Origin: Fimicolochytrium jonesii
Taxonomy: Eukaryota
DNA: 64,000 bases
Assembly: GCF_025526975.1 (NCBI RefSeq)
Contig: NW_026515683.1
Coordinates: 372,001-436,000 of the forward strand
Direction of reading: 5' to 3'
The notes beneath the pieces are model-generated. The model was not told the origin of the DNA. It worked only from the letters and a program-made list of their open reading frames with translations, and did not search any database. Position 1 is the first letter of the stretch. The number at the start of each line of letters is the position of its first letter. Positions 52,741 to 64,000 of this stretch are shown here, one piece after another. Position numbers and translations under genes: made by a program.

Positions 52741-53322
52741 TTGCCGCCTTTCTGTCTTTGCCTGCATCGCTTTTCACGAGGACGACGGACGAACATACTC
52801 ATTTGCTCCGACCGTCACCATCCGCACCGTGCATTACTGGAGTTTGATTTGTTGGTTTCCCATGTACACATTTTGCACATCTGTAATTACAAGTTGTTGT
52901 CGGAAAACGCATGATTTGGTAGTTAGCGTCATTACGCTGGAGACGAACGAATGTCTGCGACACTTCCCCCTCAATACATTTGAGAAGCCACGATGAGATG
53001 TGCCCTCTGAACATAGCGGTCGTCTTCCGCGATATCCATTCAGTGACTACGATAGTCACACAACGAACTTTACATGCGGTATTTTAGGAGCGGAAGCGAT
53101 CTTTCCATTTGGTGATTATGTCCAGGAATCTATCAAAGGAACAGGAGTCAACGAATTCTATCTACAAGCTGATATAAGTCTAAAGTCTACAAGGATGGCA
53201 AGTCTATATGGCACAGGTAAGGTACAAGTAGGTACTGTAACGACAGACACTACACTGATGCCTGTAGGCAGGGCCCGATTCCAGTTCAGGGCCCGGGGCA
53301 GCCCGGCAGGACCCAACCCCAC

Positions 53323-54830
53323 CTAGCACATCTTCCACATCTTAACCGAATCAACTTTCATAGCCACATCATCCTTCTCCCAAGTCTTGTACCACTGGTC
53401 CTTAGCGTCCCAAAAGTCCTTGGCAGCGGTCGCGGCCGTGTTTTTCCATGGTTTGTTATCGCCGGCGTCGTCGGGGAAGTAGGAGGCTGTGCCGCCCACG
53501 GCGACATTGAGGATCAGGTAGAATTCTTGGTCGAAGGGGGCCTAGAGGAGAGGAGACGGATATGGATGAATTGATGGTCGCGTTGAGAGGAGGGATGGAG
53601 GGGATACGTACCGCAGTGCATTGGTCTTCCCAGGGGTTGTTGATGCTGGTGGGGAAGCCGCCTTTGTCCCAAAAGCTTTTGCTCAGGGGCACTTCGAGCA
53701 CGACATTGGTAGGCTCGTCGACGTACGTCCTCTGTTCAGCCAATGGACGTTAAAACAACTCGGTCCCGTCGAGATTTTCCCATCAAAAGTGGCACTCACC
53801 AAATAATCCGGAGTCCACTCCAATCCAAACGTATGGAACTCATCCCCAAAGCTGCCGCTGGGAAGCTTGAACTCTTTGTGTGTCAGGTCGAACTTGTTGA
53901 ACTGGTAGCTGGGCCCCCAGTGCAGAGTCGAGCCGATGGTGTCGTAACCCGGCGATTTGGCGTTGCCGGGTTTGTTCCCGCGGCTTTCCATGATGTCGAT
54001 CTCGCCGGATGCGGGCCAGTTGCCGTAGGTGGGCCGTTTGGGGAGGAGCCAGATTGCGGGCCAGATCCAGTCTCTGATGGAACATCAAGGTGAGGGAGAA
54101 GTTAGGCATGATCGGTAATTTAGGACGCCTCGGTTGGGGAAACTCACCCTTTCGGCAACTTCGCCTTAACTTCAACCCTTCCATACTGAATCGCCACACT
54201 CTCAGCAGTACTAATCCTCGCACTCTGAACCGGGTTGATAATATTTGTCCCATCGCTCGTCCTCCTACATCCAAAGAACCCCGCATCCGTACAATGATAC
54301 CCCGCCTCATTCCCATTCAAATCCATCGTGGTCCCACTAACGACATTTTCAGCGCCAATGTTGTCGGCCGTGAGCGTGGGTTTGAGGAAGAGCGTCCCGT
54401 TCTTGACGAACGAGTTGGTGCGGTTGTTAGTGTACCACTCGAACTCCCAGTTGCCGCCGCCGGAGAGGGTGATGTCGTGTTTCCAGACATTTTGGTTGAG
54501 GGTTTGGAAGTCGTCTTGGAAGATTAGGCAGAATTTGTTGGTGTTTTGGGGGCAGCCGGGGGAGGGGGTTGTGGAGTTGCCGCCGGATGTGGGTGGTTCG
54601 GGGGCATCGGTTGGTTCGGGGATGTCAGAAGTGGCTGACGGAACATCGGTCGGCTCGGGGATGTCTGAAGTCACTGATGGAGCGTTCACAGTGGATGTAG
54701 GCTCCGAAGCCGACGTAGGCACGGAAGAGACGGCGATGGTAGTGGAGATGCTGGGCGCGGCTTGCGGCAAAGCCAGGGCAAGATCCGTGGCGAGCACGAC
54801 TGAGGCGAAGAAGGCCCATTTGGGTGCCAT
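53323..54830 (-). CDS. Secreted GH16 beta-1,3-glucanase (beta-glucan-binding protein/CCF-like subfamily) with PTS-rich linker
   Basis: Signal peptide MAPKWAFFASVVLATDLALA; WKHDITLSGGGNWEFEWY, YGRVEVKAKLPKGDWIWPAIWLLP, WPASGEIDIMESRGN (intact ExDxxE), PFDQEFYLILNVAVGG; TSDIPEPTD repeated twice. Confidence 0.93.
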
Positions 54831-55719
54831 TTGATGGTATTTGCCGTACGTATGCGGAAGGGTGTATGGAGAGATTTGCGCTGTAGTCATGACCAATTCC
54901 GGGGAAGGTGGATATGCTTCCATTCCTTTTATACACATTTGGGTAAGAGTCACCTGCTGTATGGAAACGATGTAGTGCGCTCACATAGATCATCGTTCTC
55001 CCCTATCCATTCAGGGCTGGCGCTTGGACTCTCTCAGCTGGGATACCTCATCAACTGGTTCCTGTGCCGCTATGACATCCGCACGTTCATGCGAGAAGAG
55101 GAGCTTTCCGCAAAAGCATGGAGGTGTCCGTGCACGCCTGGATCGGGTAGGGATGACAATGTGTCGCAGCATGGACGATCCCTGACGCTATAACGTTCGC
55201 AAGTCGTCAAGAGAGCAGCATCGAATGTGGTCTAAAAGCATAGAACCTTAGTTTAGTCGATGATCCGGAATACATCTTTGCTCCGACCCAATGCCATCGG
55301 CTATCTCATCGTCGGTTTGCTATCCCTTCACGAACGTTCGTTATGAGAGAGCATTGGGAACCTTGTTCAACGGCATAGGTTCAGCTTTCTGATTGTATGA
55401 TAGCGTATCCAGCATAGGATCCTTCGTCTATCTGTACAAAATTAAGGATCGGTCCCTGTGCCACCCATCTCTAGACGACAGTTCAGTCCTTCGTGAAGAA
55501 AAATTGACTGCGTTTTGACTGCTGGTTGGATGGGGACTCCGGGGCGGTACTGTCAATTCAGATCACCGACAACGCGGTAGTCATCTCAGAGGCATGCACA
55601 GATGCACTCCGATGACCGCCTGGAAAGTTCTGGCATTGCTCACTCTGCAGCTCCCAATGAGACTTCCAAAGATCATCTCGCATCTCGCTTTGAGCTTACC
55701 ATCACCGCTGCTATCGACC

Positions 55720-56998
55720 ATGGCGTGGCAATGCTCCGCAACCTCAAACACCGGTTTAGTTGATAACCTCAAACGTCAGTGACATGTGAATTCCGCAACT
55801 TCGTTCAGGAAGACGCACTCACACGCCCTGCACTTGACGGCTGGGCTGTTATGCAGATGCTGGCTTGATATCTTCACCGCGTGTTGAGCAAGCCATGAAA
55901 GCTGTACGTTCGGCTGTTTGTCAAAAGCGTTTGCTTGTTTGAGAGGCGGTAATCCATGTGGTTCATGACTTGCAGGTTGACCGAGGGAAATATGTGGAAC
56001 TGGATCCATACGAGGACAGCCCTCAGCCCATCGGATACGGTACGAGGCATGCGAGATGATAATAGCCAGACATACGACGATTCAAAGGGGTATTGATGAG
56101 CTCTGCAACGCAGGCGCAACTATCAGCGCTCCTCATATGCACGCGTCTGCGTTGCAGTATCTGGAACCATTTTTGCGTGAGGGCGATCATGCATTGGGTA
56201 AGATGGGACGGATGATAGGTCCACGTGTGAATGCTATCCGACGAAATATCAATCGAACAGATGTCGGGAGCGGCTCCGGCTATCTGGTCTCTTGCATGGT
56301 AGGGATGAACCTGGGAAATCTCGCTCCATTCATATGCTGAAGAAGCGATGTTTCTGACCGCCCGTCCAACGACGTGTAGGCTCGATTGGTTGGAACGACT
56401 GGGAAGGTTGTGGGCATCGATCACATACCGGAGCTTGTAAGTTGAGCTTGAGCTGGTTCAATTGCGCTCGTTTGAAACAAACCGTATGTGACGAAGGCCA
56501 ATGGTCATTCCCAGGTAGAAATGGGAAGGAGAAACATTCAGGGTGACGATCCATCTGTATTCAGCTATGCTGAGTTAGTCGGTGAGCAAACCTCGCTTTG
56601 TGAAGGATGACTCGTTTGTCAGGGTTCTGTTCCCGTGACTAACCACTACCCCAACTCCCATCAGTCGGCGATGGACGACTGGGATATGTAGCGGAAGCTC
56701 CATATGCTGCGATACACGTTGGTGGGTGGACCAAAGGCGGCGCTACGACGCTCATCAAACCGCTGCCAATGCCAGTGCGTATTTACTCATGTGTACTACA
56801 GGAGCGGCTGCGTATCCTATCCCTGACCAGTTGATAGATCAACTCAAATCACCGGGTCGGATGATCATTCCCGTCGGAAAGCCTCACGGGCGTCAGGAGT
56901 TGATGCAGATCGATAAGGACGAGGAGGGGAATGTGCATTATAAAGAGCTGATGGGAGTGATGTTCGTTCCGTTGACGGATAAGCATAAGCAGGTTTGA
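55720..56998 (+). CDS. PCM1: Protein-L-isoaspartate O-methyltransferase, multi-exon
   Basis: [92 protein letters not shown]. Confidence 0.95.
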
Positions 56999-57405
56999 GA
57001 AGCAGGTGTACGTATTTGGGTTGGAAGGGCAGCGGGAGGACGGAGAGAGAACTATGGTTCCTCTGAGTTTTGGCTCAATATAAAAGTGTAGGGTTTTAAG
57101 GCAGCGTATGTATATATCTGTACATAGTTTCACAAACCTACTGTACTTGTTTCTCATTCTCGTTGCCCTAGTGGAATCTGACGGAAAAAACCTTGAAAGT
57201 TGATCTATTGAACCCTTCAGGCGACGCGCTCACACGCGTTACGGAACCTGTCCGCCCCCTTCGGACATTGTTGCCCGAGTTTATCAACTTTCCCACGCAG
57301 TCTGGCGGTTTCGAAAATGGAAACGGCAACTTGCATGGGAATCCCATCTTTCAAGCATCTGGCCATTTCAGGTTCAAGGGGTCACGTCTCCCTCGCTAAA
57401 GTGAT

Positions 57406-60400
57406 ATGACGATTCGCAAGGACTTGCCGTCGCCTGCGACCCCAGATGCAGTCCTCAACGGGCTGGCAAATTTAGCTACTATCGACTCGACCGTACAAGA
57501 GAACCTTCGGCAACTGCTCCATCGACAAGCACGACCCGTGAAGACTCAAAGCTTAACTTTAGCACAGACGGCTGGAAAACCTCGTACCCGAACGCGACCA
57601 ATCTTCAAAGCGAATAAGGAGAATGTGGGAAATGGGAATGTCAATGGGAAAGGGAAGGGGGAGAATGCGTGGGCTCAGGCGGCCGCTCCGGAGTTTGAAA
57701 TAGGACCGTTTGCTCTTAAGCTTATCAACCAGTGCATGAAGGTGCTCGCTGGGCTAGTAAACGCTCCAACGGTAGACGGGGCCAAACCAGCTGAGCCTGC
57801 TTCAGGAGAGTCGGGAAAAGCATGTCCTGAGGGTGACACAACCGATGTTGAAGCGAAGCAGGCACAGCAGCCTGTTCCTATGTCAAAACGACGGATGCCG
57901 AGTGGGCGCTCAACGGGGACGAAGCCGGCACTCGCGGATACGAGCAATGCGAGATCGCAACGAGTGCTTTCGGACGGAAAGAAACGGCTACCGAAATCAA
58001 ATGACACCCCACAGATGGAGAAAGTAACATGCCTCGCGCAATGCTTCTCCGACGCTTTCTCCGTGTTGCATAAAGCAGGAGTCGACAAGGTGATAGAGCC
58101 ATATGCCTTGTACAGAGTGGCATGCAACTTCGCTGCCCGTCTCGCTGATCTTTCGAAGGTAGGTTGCTAGGTTTGCATCAGAGCGTAAATCACTGTAAAG
58201 GCAACGGCGTAATAACCAGCATAGGACTTCCGGAACGCGAATAGTACAGTGAAGCCCTGGATATCCTATCTCTCGTGTATCAGGAGCTGTGGGCCGGAGG
58301 TTCTGCTCTTCCCACGAAACCTCCCGCAAAGAAACCATTGAGGTCGGCAACTAACATATCCGCAGCGAGGCGACCAGCGGCAAAGAGTATTTCGAGGCGC
58401 ACATCTAAACAGGAAACTCCTGCAACAGCAACAATATGTCGGTTACTGCGACCCCCCCTGGTGCAAGAAGAAGAACAATCCTCCGCGCGGCTGGCAGTGG
58501 GAATCACATGTGCCAACGTCGCGCTACGATGCATTTTAGCTACCACGACATCAGCTAATTGGAAGAGTATAGAGGCGGCTGTACTGGACGAAACCGGCGT
58601 ACTAGCAGCGTGCGCTCACTGCAAACGTATGGACGTCGTGGCCGGCGGGAGGCATTTTGAAGGCTTCTTTCGACTCCTCTACCGTTGGTCTTTGAGTGCC
58701 AAAGATTGGAGTCCTAGAGCTTTGCTGGACGTGCGGAGGGTAGCGCTGATGTTTTACGTGGAGTCCCCGTTGTACACCGACGCCGGATTTGCGGATCAAG
58801 CTTTGAAGTTTGCGCTCGTGTACGACCAGGCTCTACGGACGAGTGGAGATAGTTTAGAAGCATTGGTTGCGTACTACCAAGCCGTGCTGGAATTGGCGGA
58901 AGTTCTTTCGGCAAAAGGGAGGAGACCATCTCAGTGCAAATGGGGCGATCATGCTCTCAGCATCTTCAAGAAGTTCCAGAAGTACGGGCTGGCTGATCGT
59001 TTGATCGCTTACACTGAAGCGCTACATGTCTCGGAAACCAGCGAGAGCAAGGAACTGCTCACCAGAGCGACCACAGCTTTCGCAGAACTGTCAAAGGAGC
59101 CAGGAGATCTTCCCTCTCTGGGTTTAAACGACTGTTACATTGCAACACTGCGCGATATAATCGCAGCTATAGAGCGTGAAGGAACGAACGAGAAGCTCTT
59201 GCGGCAGTTGGCGCAACATTTTGCCCGAAACATGGACGCTCTGTGGAAAACAGCCGAGAAAATTGGCGTTTCAATCTCGGAAACTGAGAAGCTGCAACAG
59301 GAGCGAGGATGGTCCCCACTCTTCCTTGTAGTTGTCGAGGTTTACGTTGCTTTCAGGACGGCCGGAGAGGTAGGCTGAAACGGTGGGCGTCCGCTCTTGC
59401 CATGATGTGTACTCACAAGGTTTCCACAGCGATTGGGTGCTGACGGAAGCACCGTCATCGACCTTTTAAACCGCATAGGACCGGCGATTCTCAGCTTCCG
59501 TAACGCTTTAGCAAGACTTTGCGTGTTGCTCCCTACCGCTGATAACAATAATTACTACACGGCGCACCTAACGGCCGCGATCAAGCTTGCCGATGATCTC
59601 GGGTATTGGACGGGACTCAAATTTATCAGCAATACTGCGTTTTTCGTCGGTGGTATACACTACAAATCGAAAGAGTGGCACAAAGCGAATGACGACTTTC
59701 AGCTTTCGTGCTCGTTGATGGCCCGCTTCCTGCAGCCCGATGTCGTGAGCGCGGAAGCTGCAACAGCCGCGGCCCAGGACAACCATAACGCCGAGCGAAG
59801 TCAGCTGTCGACTCGATATCAATTCTTGGCAACGACGTCGCATATGATGGGAAACACCGTCGTCGCGTTGGATGCGTTGCACGAGGCCGCACTCGTGATA
59901 CGACATCCCTCGGCCTGCCAGGCGAATGGTGTGACATCCCTGAAGCCCTTAATTGAACGATACGTCAAGATAGCTATATCGGACGGAGAGTCCACCTATG
60001 AATCCATCTCTGCAATGGTGGGATTGGCCATTTGCGAGCGTAGCGATTGCAGAGCGGCGTTTGGGCAACTGGAAAGGAGTGTGGTGCAAGGTTCTCGGGG
60101 GTCGGAAAGTCGAATCGCGCTGGCGCAGGGACATATTCTCGACTGGCTGCTCGAACTTTACGACGAGCACCATCCCGTCCAGCGAGCAAGGGTTCTGGTC
60201 GAGAAGGCCAGCCTGATGCACAACATGAAGCATCTTGTTGATGACGAGAAGTTGGAAGAATGCGAGAACCTGTGCCAGAGCGCCGTTGAGATCCTGAAAA
60301 CAGCGGTAAGTAGAAGTCGACTAAAAGCTTACGTTCCCGTTCTACAACATTATCCTCTTCTGTAGACATGTGACGATGCGTTTGGAGAAGATGCACGCTT

Positions 60401-63400
60401 CAAAGATCAATGCCAGAACGAGTTAGCCAACGCTTACTCTGTGCTTGGCTTTCTCTTAACTGACCGCGGAGGCTATCAAGCAAAACCATGGTCCATGGCC
60501 TTGACGATATGGCAGAACCTCCTCAGACGAGTTCCTCTCTTCACGCACGCCCTCAAAATTACAGTGGAGAAACCGAAGGCTGCGGCATTCTTCTACGACT
60601 TGAGAGCTACTTACAACCATATTCATGTAATGGCGAAATATTTTGCCATGCTCAAGCAGTGGCTAAATCAGATTTTGTGCCTCCGACTTCTGTTGCGATT
60701 GACCACTCTCATGGCCGGGATCGAGGAGATCGCTCTCGACGCGCCATCACTGTACTCGGATATCGGTCATGCGTACGTGTCGCTTGGGTACACGGGTCAG
60801 GGTGGAGTGGCCTTCGCACAAGGCCTTGCCTTTGTTGCCGGGAGCAGATGCTCACCGCAATCCGCTGCGTACTGCCAACTGTCCTATGCCTACTACTTGT
60901 ACCATCTGGGCAACGAAGAAAAGAGCGACGCTACACTGAAAAATCTGTCCATGGCTGAGGCGAAATCGGGAGAAACACTCAAGCACATTGCCCTAGAGCC
61001 TTTCCGGCACCTTGTGAACGCGCATATCGCTCTAGGCAAGGGTGATCTGGTAGCTGCGATCGTCGAAGGAGAAAAAGCACTTAGAGGACTCAACCGGATT
61101 GTGAATCGATTGAAGGTGTCAAGGAATTCGGACGTTGACGAGCTGACGACTTCGATGCATCAACTCCGTTTAGACAGCGAAGCATCCTCGTCACAATCGA
61201 AACTTCGTCAGAATCTGAAGCGGTCCGATCAATGGCATTTGACACAACAGCTGCTAAACACGTATGCATGTCTAGGCCGACTATACATGAGCCGTGGATC
61301 TATAGCGGAAGCCGAACATTTCTTGGCGCAAGGATTGGACCTCGCAACAGCAGTTCAGTCGCACGTCTACGTCAGCGACTTGCAGCTTCTTCTGGCCGAG
61401 ATCGACTTCCGACAAAAGATGCTAAAAGATAGCACGACGAAACTGGGAGAGGCTGTTCAATCCCAATCTAAACTTTCGCCAGATGTCGCCATCAAAGACA
61501 TTGTCGAGTATCACATCTGTCAAGGCGACAATGAAGTAAGGATTGAAGACTTTGATGCGGCTCTAGCCTCGTACAGCCAGGCGGAAGTCTTGTTGGATAG
61601 CGCGATGACACCTGCCGTCATATCAGCACTGGAGGAGGACAAATCACCGGGCGGGATTGAAACCCCACGTGAGAAGAAGGTCGTCAGCATCGTCGCCGGT
61701 CCTCGACCTAAAGATGCGGAACCGACTATTCGACCCGAATGCCTTGTGCTCTCCGATCTTAAAGTACGGGTGTGCGCCAAAGCTGCTACGGCCTTGTGCG
61801 GGCAGAGCAAGATTGCTGAATCCGAAGCAACGCTCCTCAAGGGAAGGGATTTGCAGCAAAGTGGTCTGGAACAACCCGGGCTAGTAACCGCCCTGGCAAA
61901 GTTGCAATCCCAAAAACTGGAGGACAATCTGGCAGGCAATCCGCTCTTCTCCGTCTTCAACGAGGCGGCTTTCTCGCTACCGTGGAATGTACCGAAAGCC
62001 AAAACGGGAAGCGCGAAGCAAACCAAGGCATATAAGGCTGGCGCACTGCTGTCCAAGAATATTGGGCTTGTATATGATCTGTTCAAGAATGCGCATAAGA
62101 TGTCGTTCCCGCATGGCAACCCGGAGTTGATTCATGAACTCGGTCATGGAATGGCATACTTGAATGTCATGAAGGCGTACTTGACATGCGGCGCGGAGGC
62201 TACTGATGCAAAGGAACTGGCCATTATGACTATCCTGGACATTGGTATGTGGTTCTTTTGTTTCCTCTTCTGGCCGGATCGGTTTCTCACTCGACTCTTT
62301 CCGCAGAAAGGACGAAGGGCCTGACGATGTCTCGCGAACTACTTTCGACGCTGCATGAGAAAGGCGGAGTGCAGGCGACACCGAATGGCGCTACTGCGGA
62401 GACCATCAAGAGTGAGCGTCTCCGATGTCAGTATCAGAACTATCTGCGCCAAGCCAACTGGACGATGACCGAGTTCTCCAACGAATTCCTCGAGATTCTT
62501 CCATACGACTGGGTGGTGTGCTCCATATCTGTTGATCTAGAGCGAGAAGACATGTACGTTTCTCGGATGGAACGCGGCACCACCCCCATTGTCTTGCGCA
62601 TGCCGCTTAACCGGCAAGCAATGCGCGACGCCGCTGAAGGCGGACTGTCGTACACCGATGTGGTCGATGAATTGAAGGTCATTCTGGAGGAAAGCAACGC
62701 CACGACCCGCGACATCGCCACTTGCGTGACGAAAGACCAGAAACGGCAATGGTGGGATACTCGCAAGGCACTCGACACCCGCATCAAAGATCTGCTAGAC
62801 CAGATAGAACTGTCGTGGCTAGGGGCGTTCAGGGGATTGCTGGCGACAGATCAATTTGACTCGTACCCTGTGCAAAATGCGTTGACTGCCTTCAAGAAAC
62901 AGCTGGAAGCTATTGCATACAAGGCCGTGGGACGGAAAACTGTTCGTGGCAAGGCGGTCAAGATGCTTGAACTCGATGAAGGCATGTGCAAAATGCTTCT
63001 CCGACTAGGACCGAAGCCCCACTATGATGAGATCGAAGATGCGCTGTTTTACCTCTTGGACTCGTATCACTACAGTGGAGTTGGGATCGACTATGCGGAG
63101 CTTGAGATCTGTGCTGTAAGTACATTTTCCCAGGTTGCTGCTCTGGTAGGTCCACCGCAGTGGCGATGATTCTAATGTATACCGCTCCATTCAACAGCTC
63201 ACTGACGAGATCAGCGAAGCCATCGCCCAGTTCCATGAAGTGTATACCAACCTCAGGTCGACTTCACAGACCACAACGGCGCAAAAGCACGTCATCCTGA
63301 TACCAGATAAACATCTTCATATGATCCCATGGGAAAGCACGTCAGTATTACGAGGCGAACCGGTGTGCCGTGTGCCTTCCATCTTCAGTTTACGGGACAT

Positions 63401-64000
63401 CCTGGTGGACGTGGGCCATGGCACGAGACGAGCACTACGCGCGGGGGAGGATGAGCTTCGGGGAAACGGAAAGGATGGAGGCCGGGACGAGACGTGGTCA
63501 CGGTTGAATGTTGATCCGACCAATGCGTACTATGCGTTGAACCCCAGTGGAGACTTGGTGCATACTGAAAAGACATTCAAGGAAATGGTGACGAGGTGAG
63601 CGCATGGTGATGACATTGACATTCAAAGGGTGTGGTTCGGGCTAGATGCTAAGCGGATTCCATCCGCAGTCGAGCGGCATGGGAGGGCGTAGTCAGCAGC
63701 ATCCCCTCCGAAGACGATATCGCATCAGCCCTCGAGTCCAAAGACATGTACATGTAAGTACCCCGTCATGCCCAATCCGTCCAAGCAAAACCCTCTGTCT
63801 CACCCATCTGACGGACGTCCTTATTCGAACTCCTAGATACTTTGGCCACGGCGGTGGGAACCAGTACATCCGAGGCCACCGCATCCGCCAACTATCCCAG
63901 AGTTCCGTGGCGCTGCTCTTCGGGTGCAGCAGCGGATACCTGAAACCTGCGGGAGAGTACGACCCGCATGGCGTACCATTGAATTATCTGATGGGTGGAA
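57406..64000 (+). CDS. ESP1: Separase (peptidase C50), multi-exon, C-terminus beyond window end
   Basis: Long helical N-terminus, then WWDTRKALDTRIKDLL, LIPDKHLHMIPWES, LNPSGDL, YFGHGGGNQYI, LFGCSSG (catalytic His/Cys). Confidence 0.95.

Overview
Gene-dense, intron-rich fungal nuclear DNA (GT-AG introns, CTRAC-type branch points). A chitin synthase together with two axoneme-associated genes (LRGUK, AK8-like) points to a zoosporic fungus, most likely a chytrid (inference). About 22 protein genes can be reconstructed by eye, many in head-to-head pairs: chitin synthase (runs off the left edge), acyltransferase-3, an RG/Q-rich protein, NAD kinase, CDC7, an arrestin-like protein, a coiled-coil protein, a SMYD-type SET protein, an F-box protein, YVH1, mitochondrial ribosomal S33/Rsm27, HP1/Swi6, LRGUK, AK8, an NAD-dependent epimerase, PSO2/SNM1, an S/T-rich coiled-coil protein, a 54-aa single-TM microprotein, VMA2, TMEM14, a GH16 glucanase, PCMT and separase (runs off the right edge). 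I found no rRNA, tRNA, CRISPR array or intact transposase. The most unusual features are: (1) an oversized CDC7 intron carrying a duplicated module of GNA-loop DNA mini-hairpins; (2) an intronless chimeric ORF joining a nuclease-like region to a truncated sirtuin, followed by a ~110-nt fold-back; (3) a CSL-type TTCCCACG motif recurring in four promoters; (4) repeated C-rich-to-G-rich skew flips independent of gene strand. All calls are by eye; exon boundaries are approximate and nothing was checked against a database.
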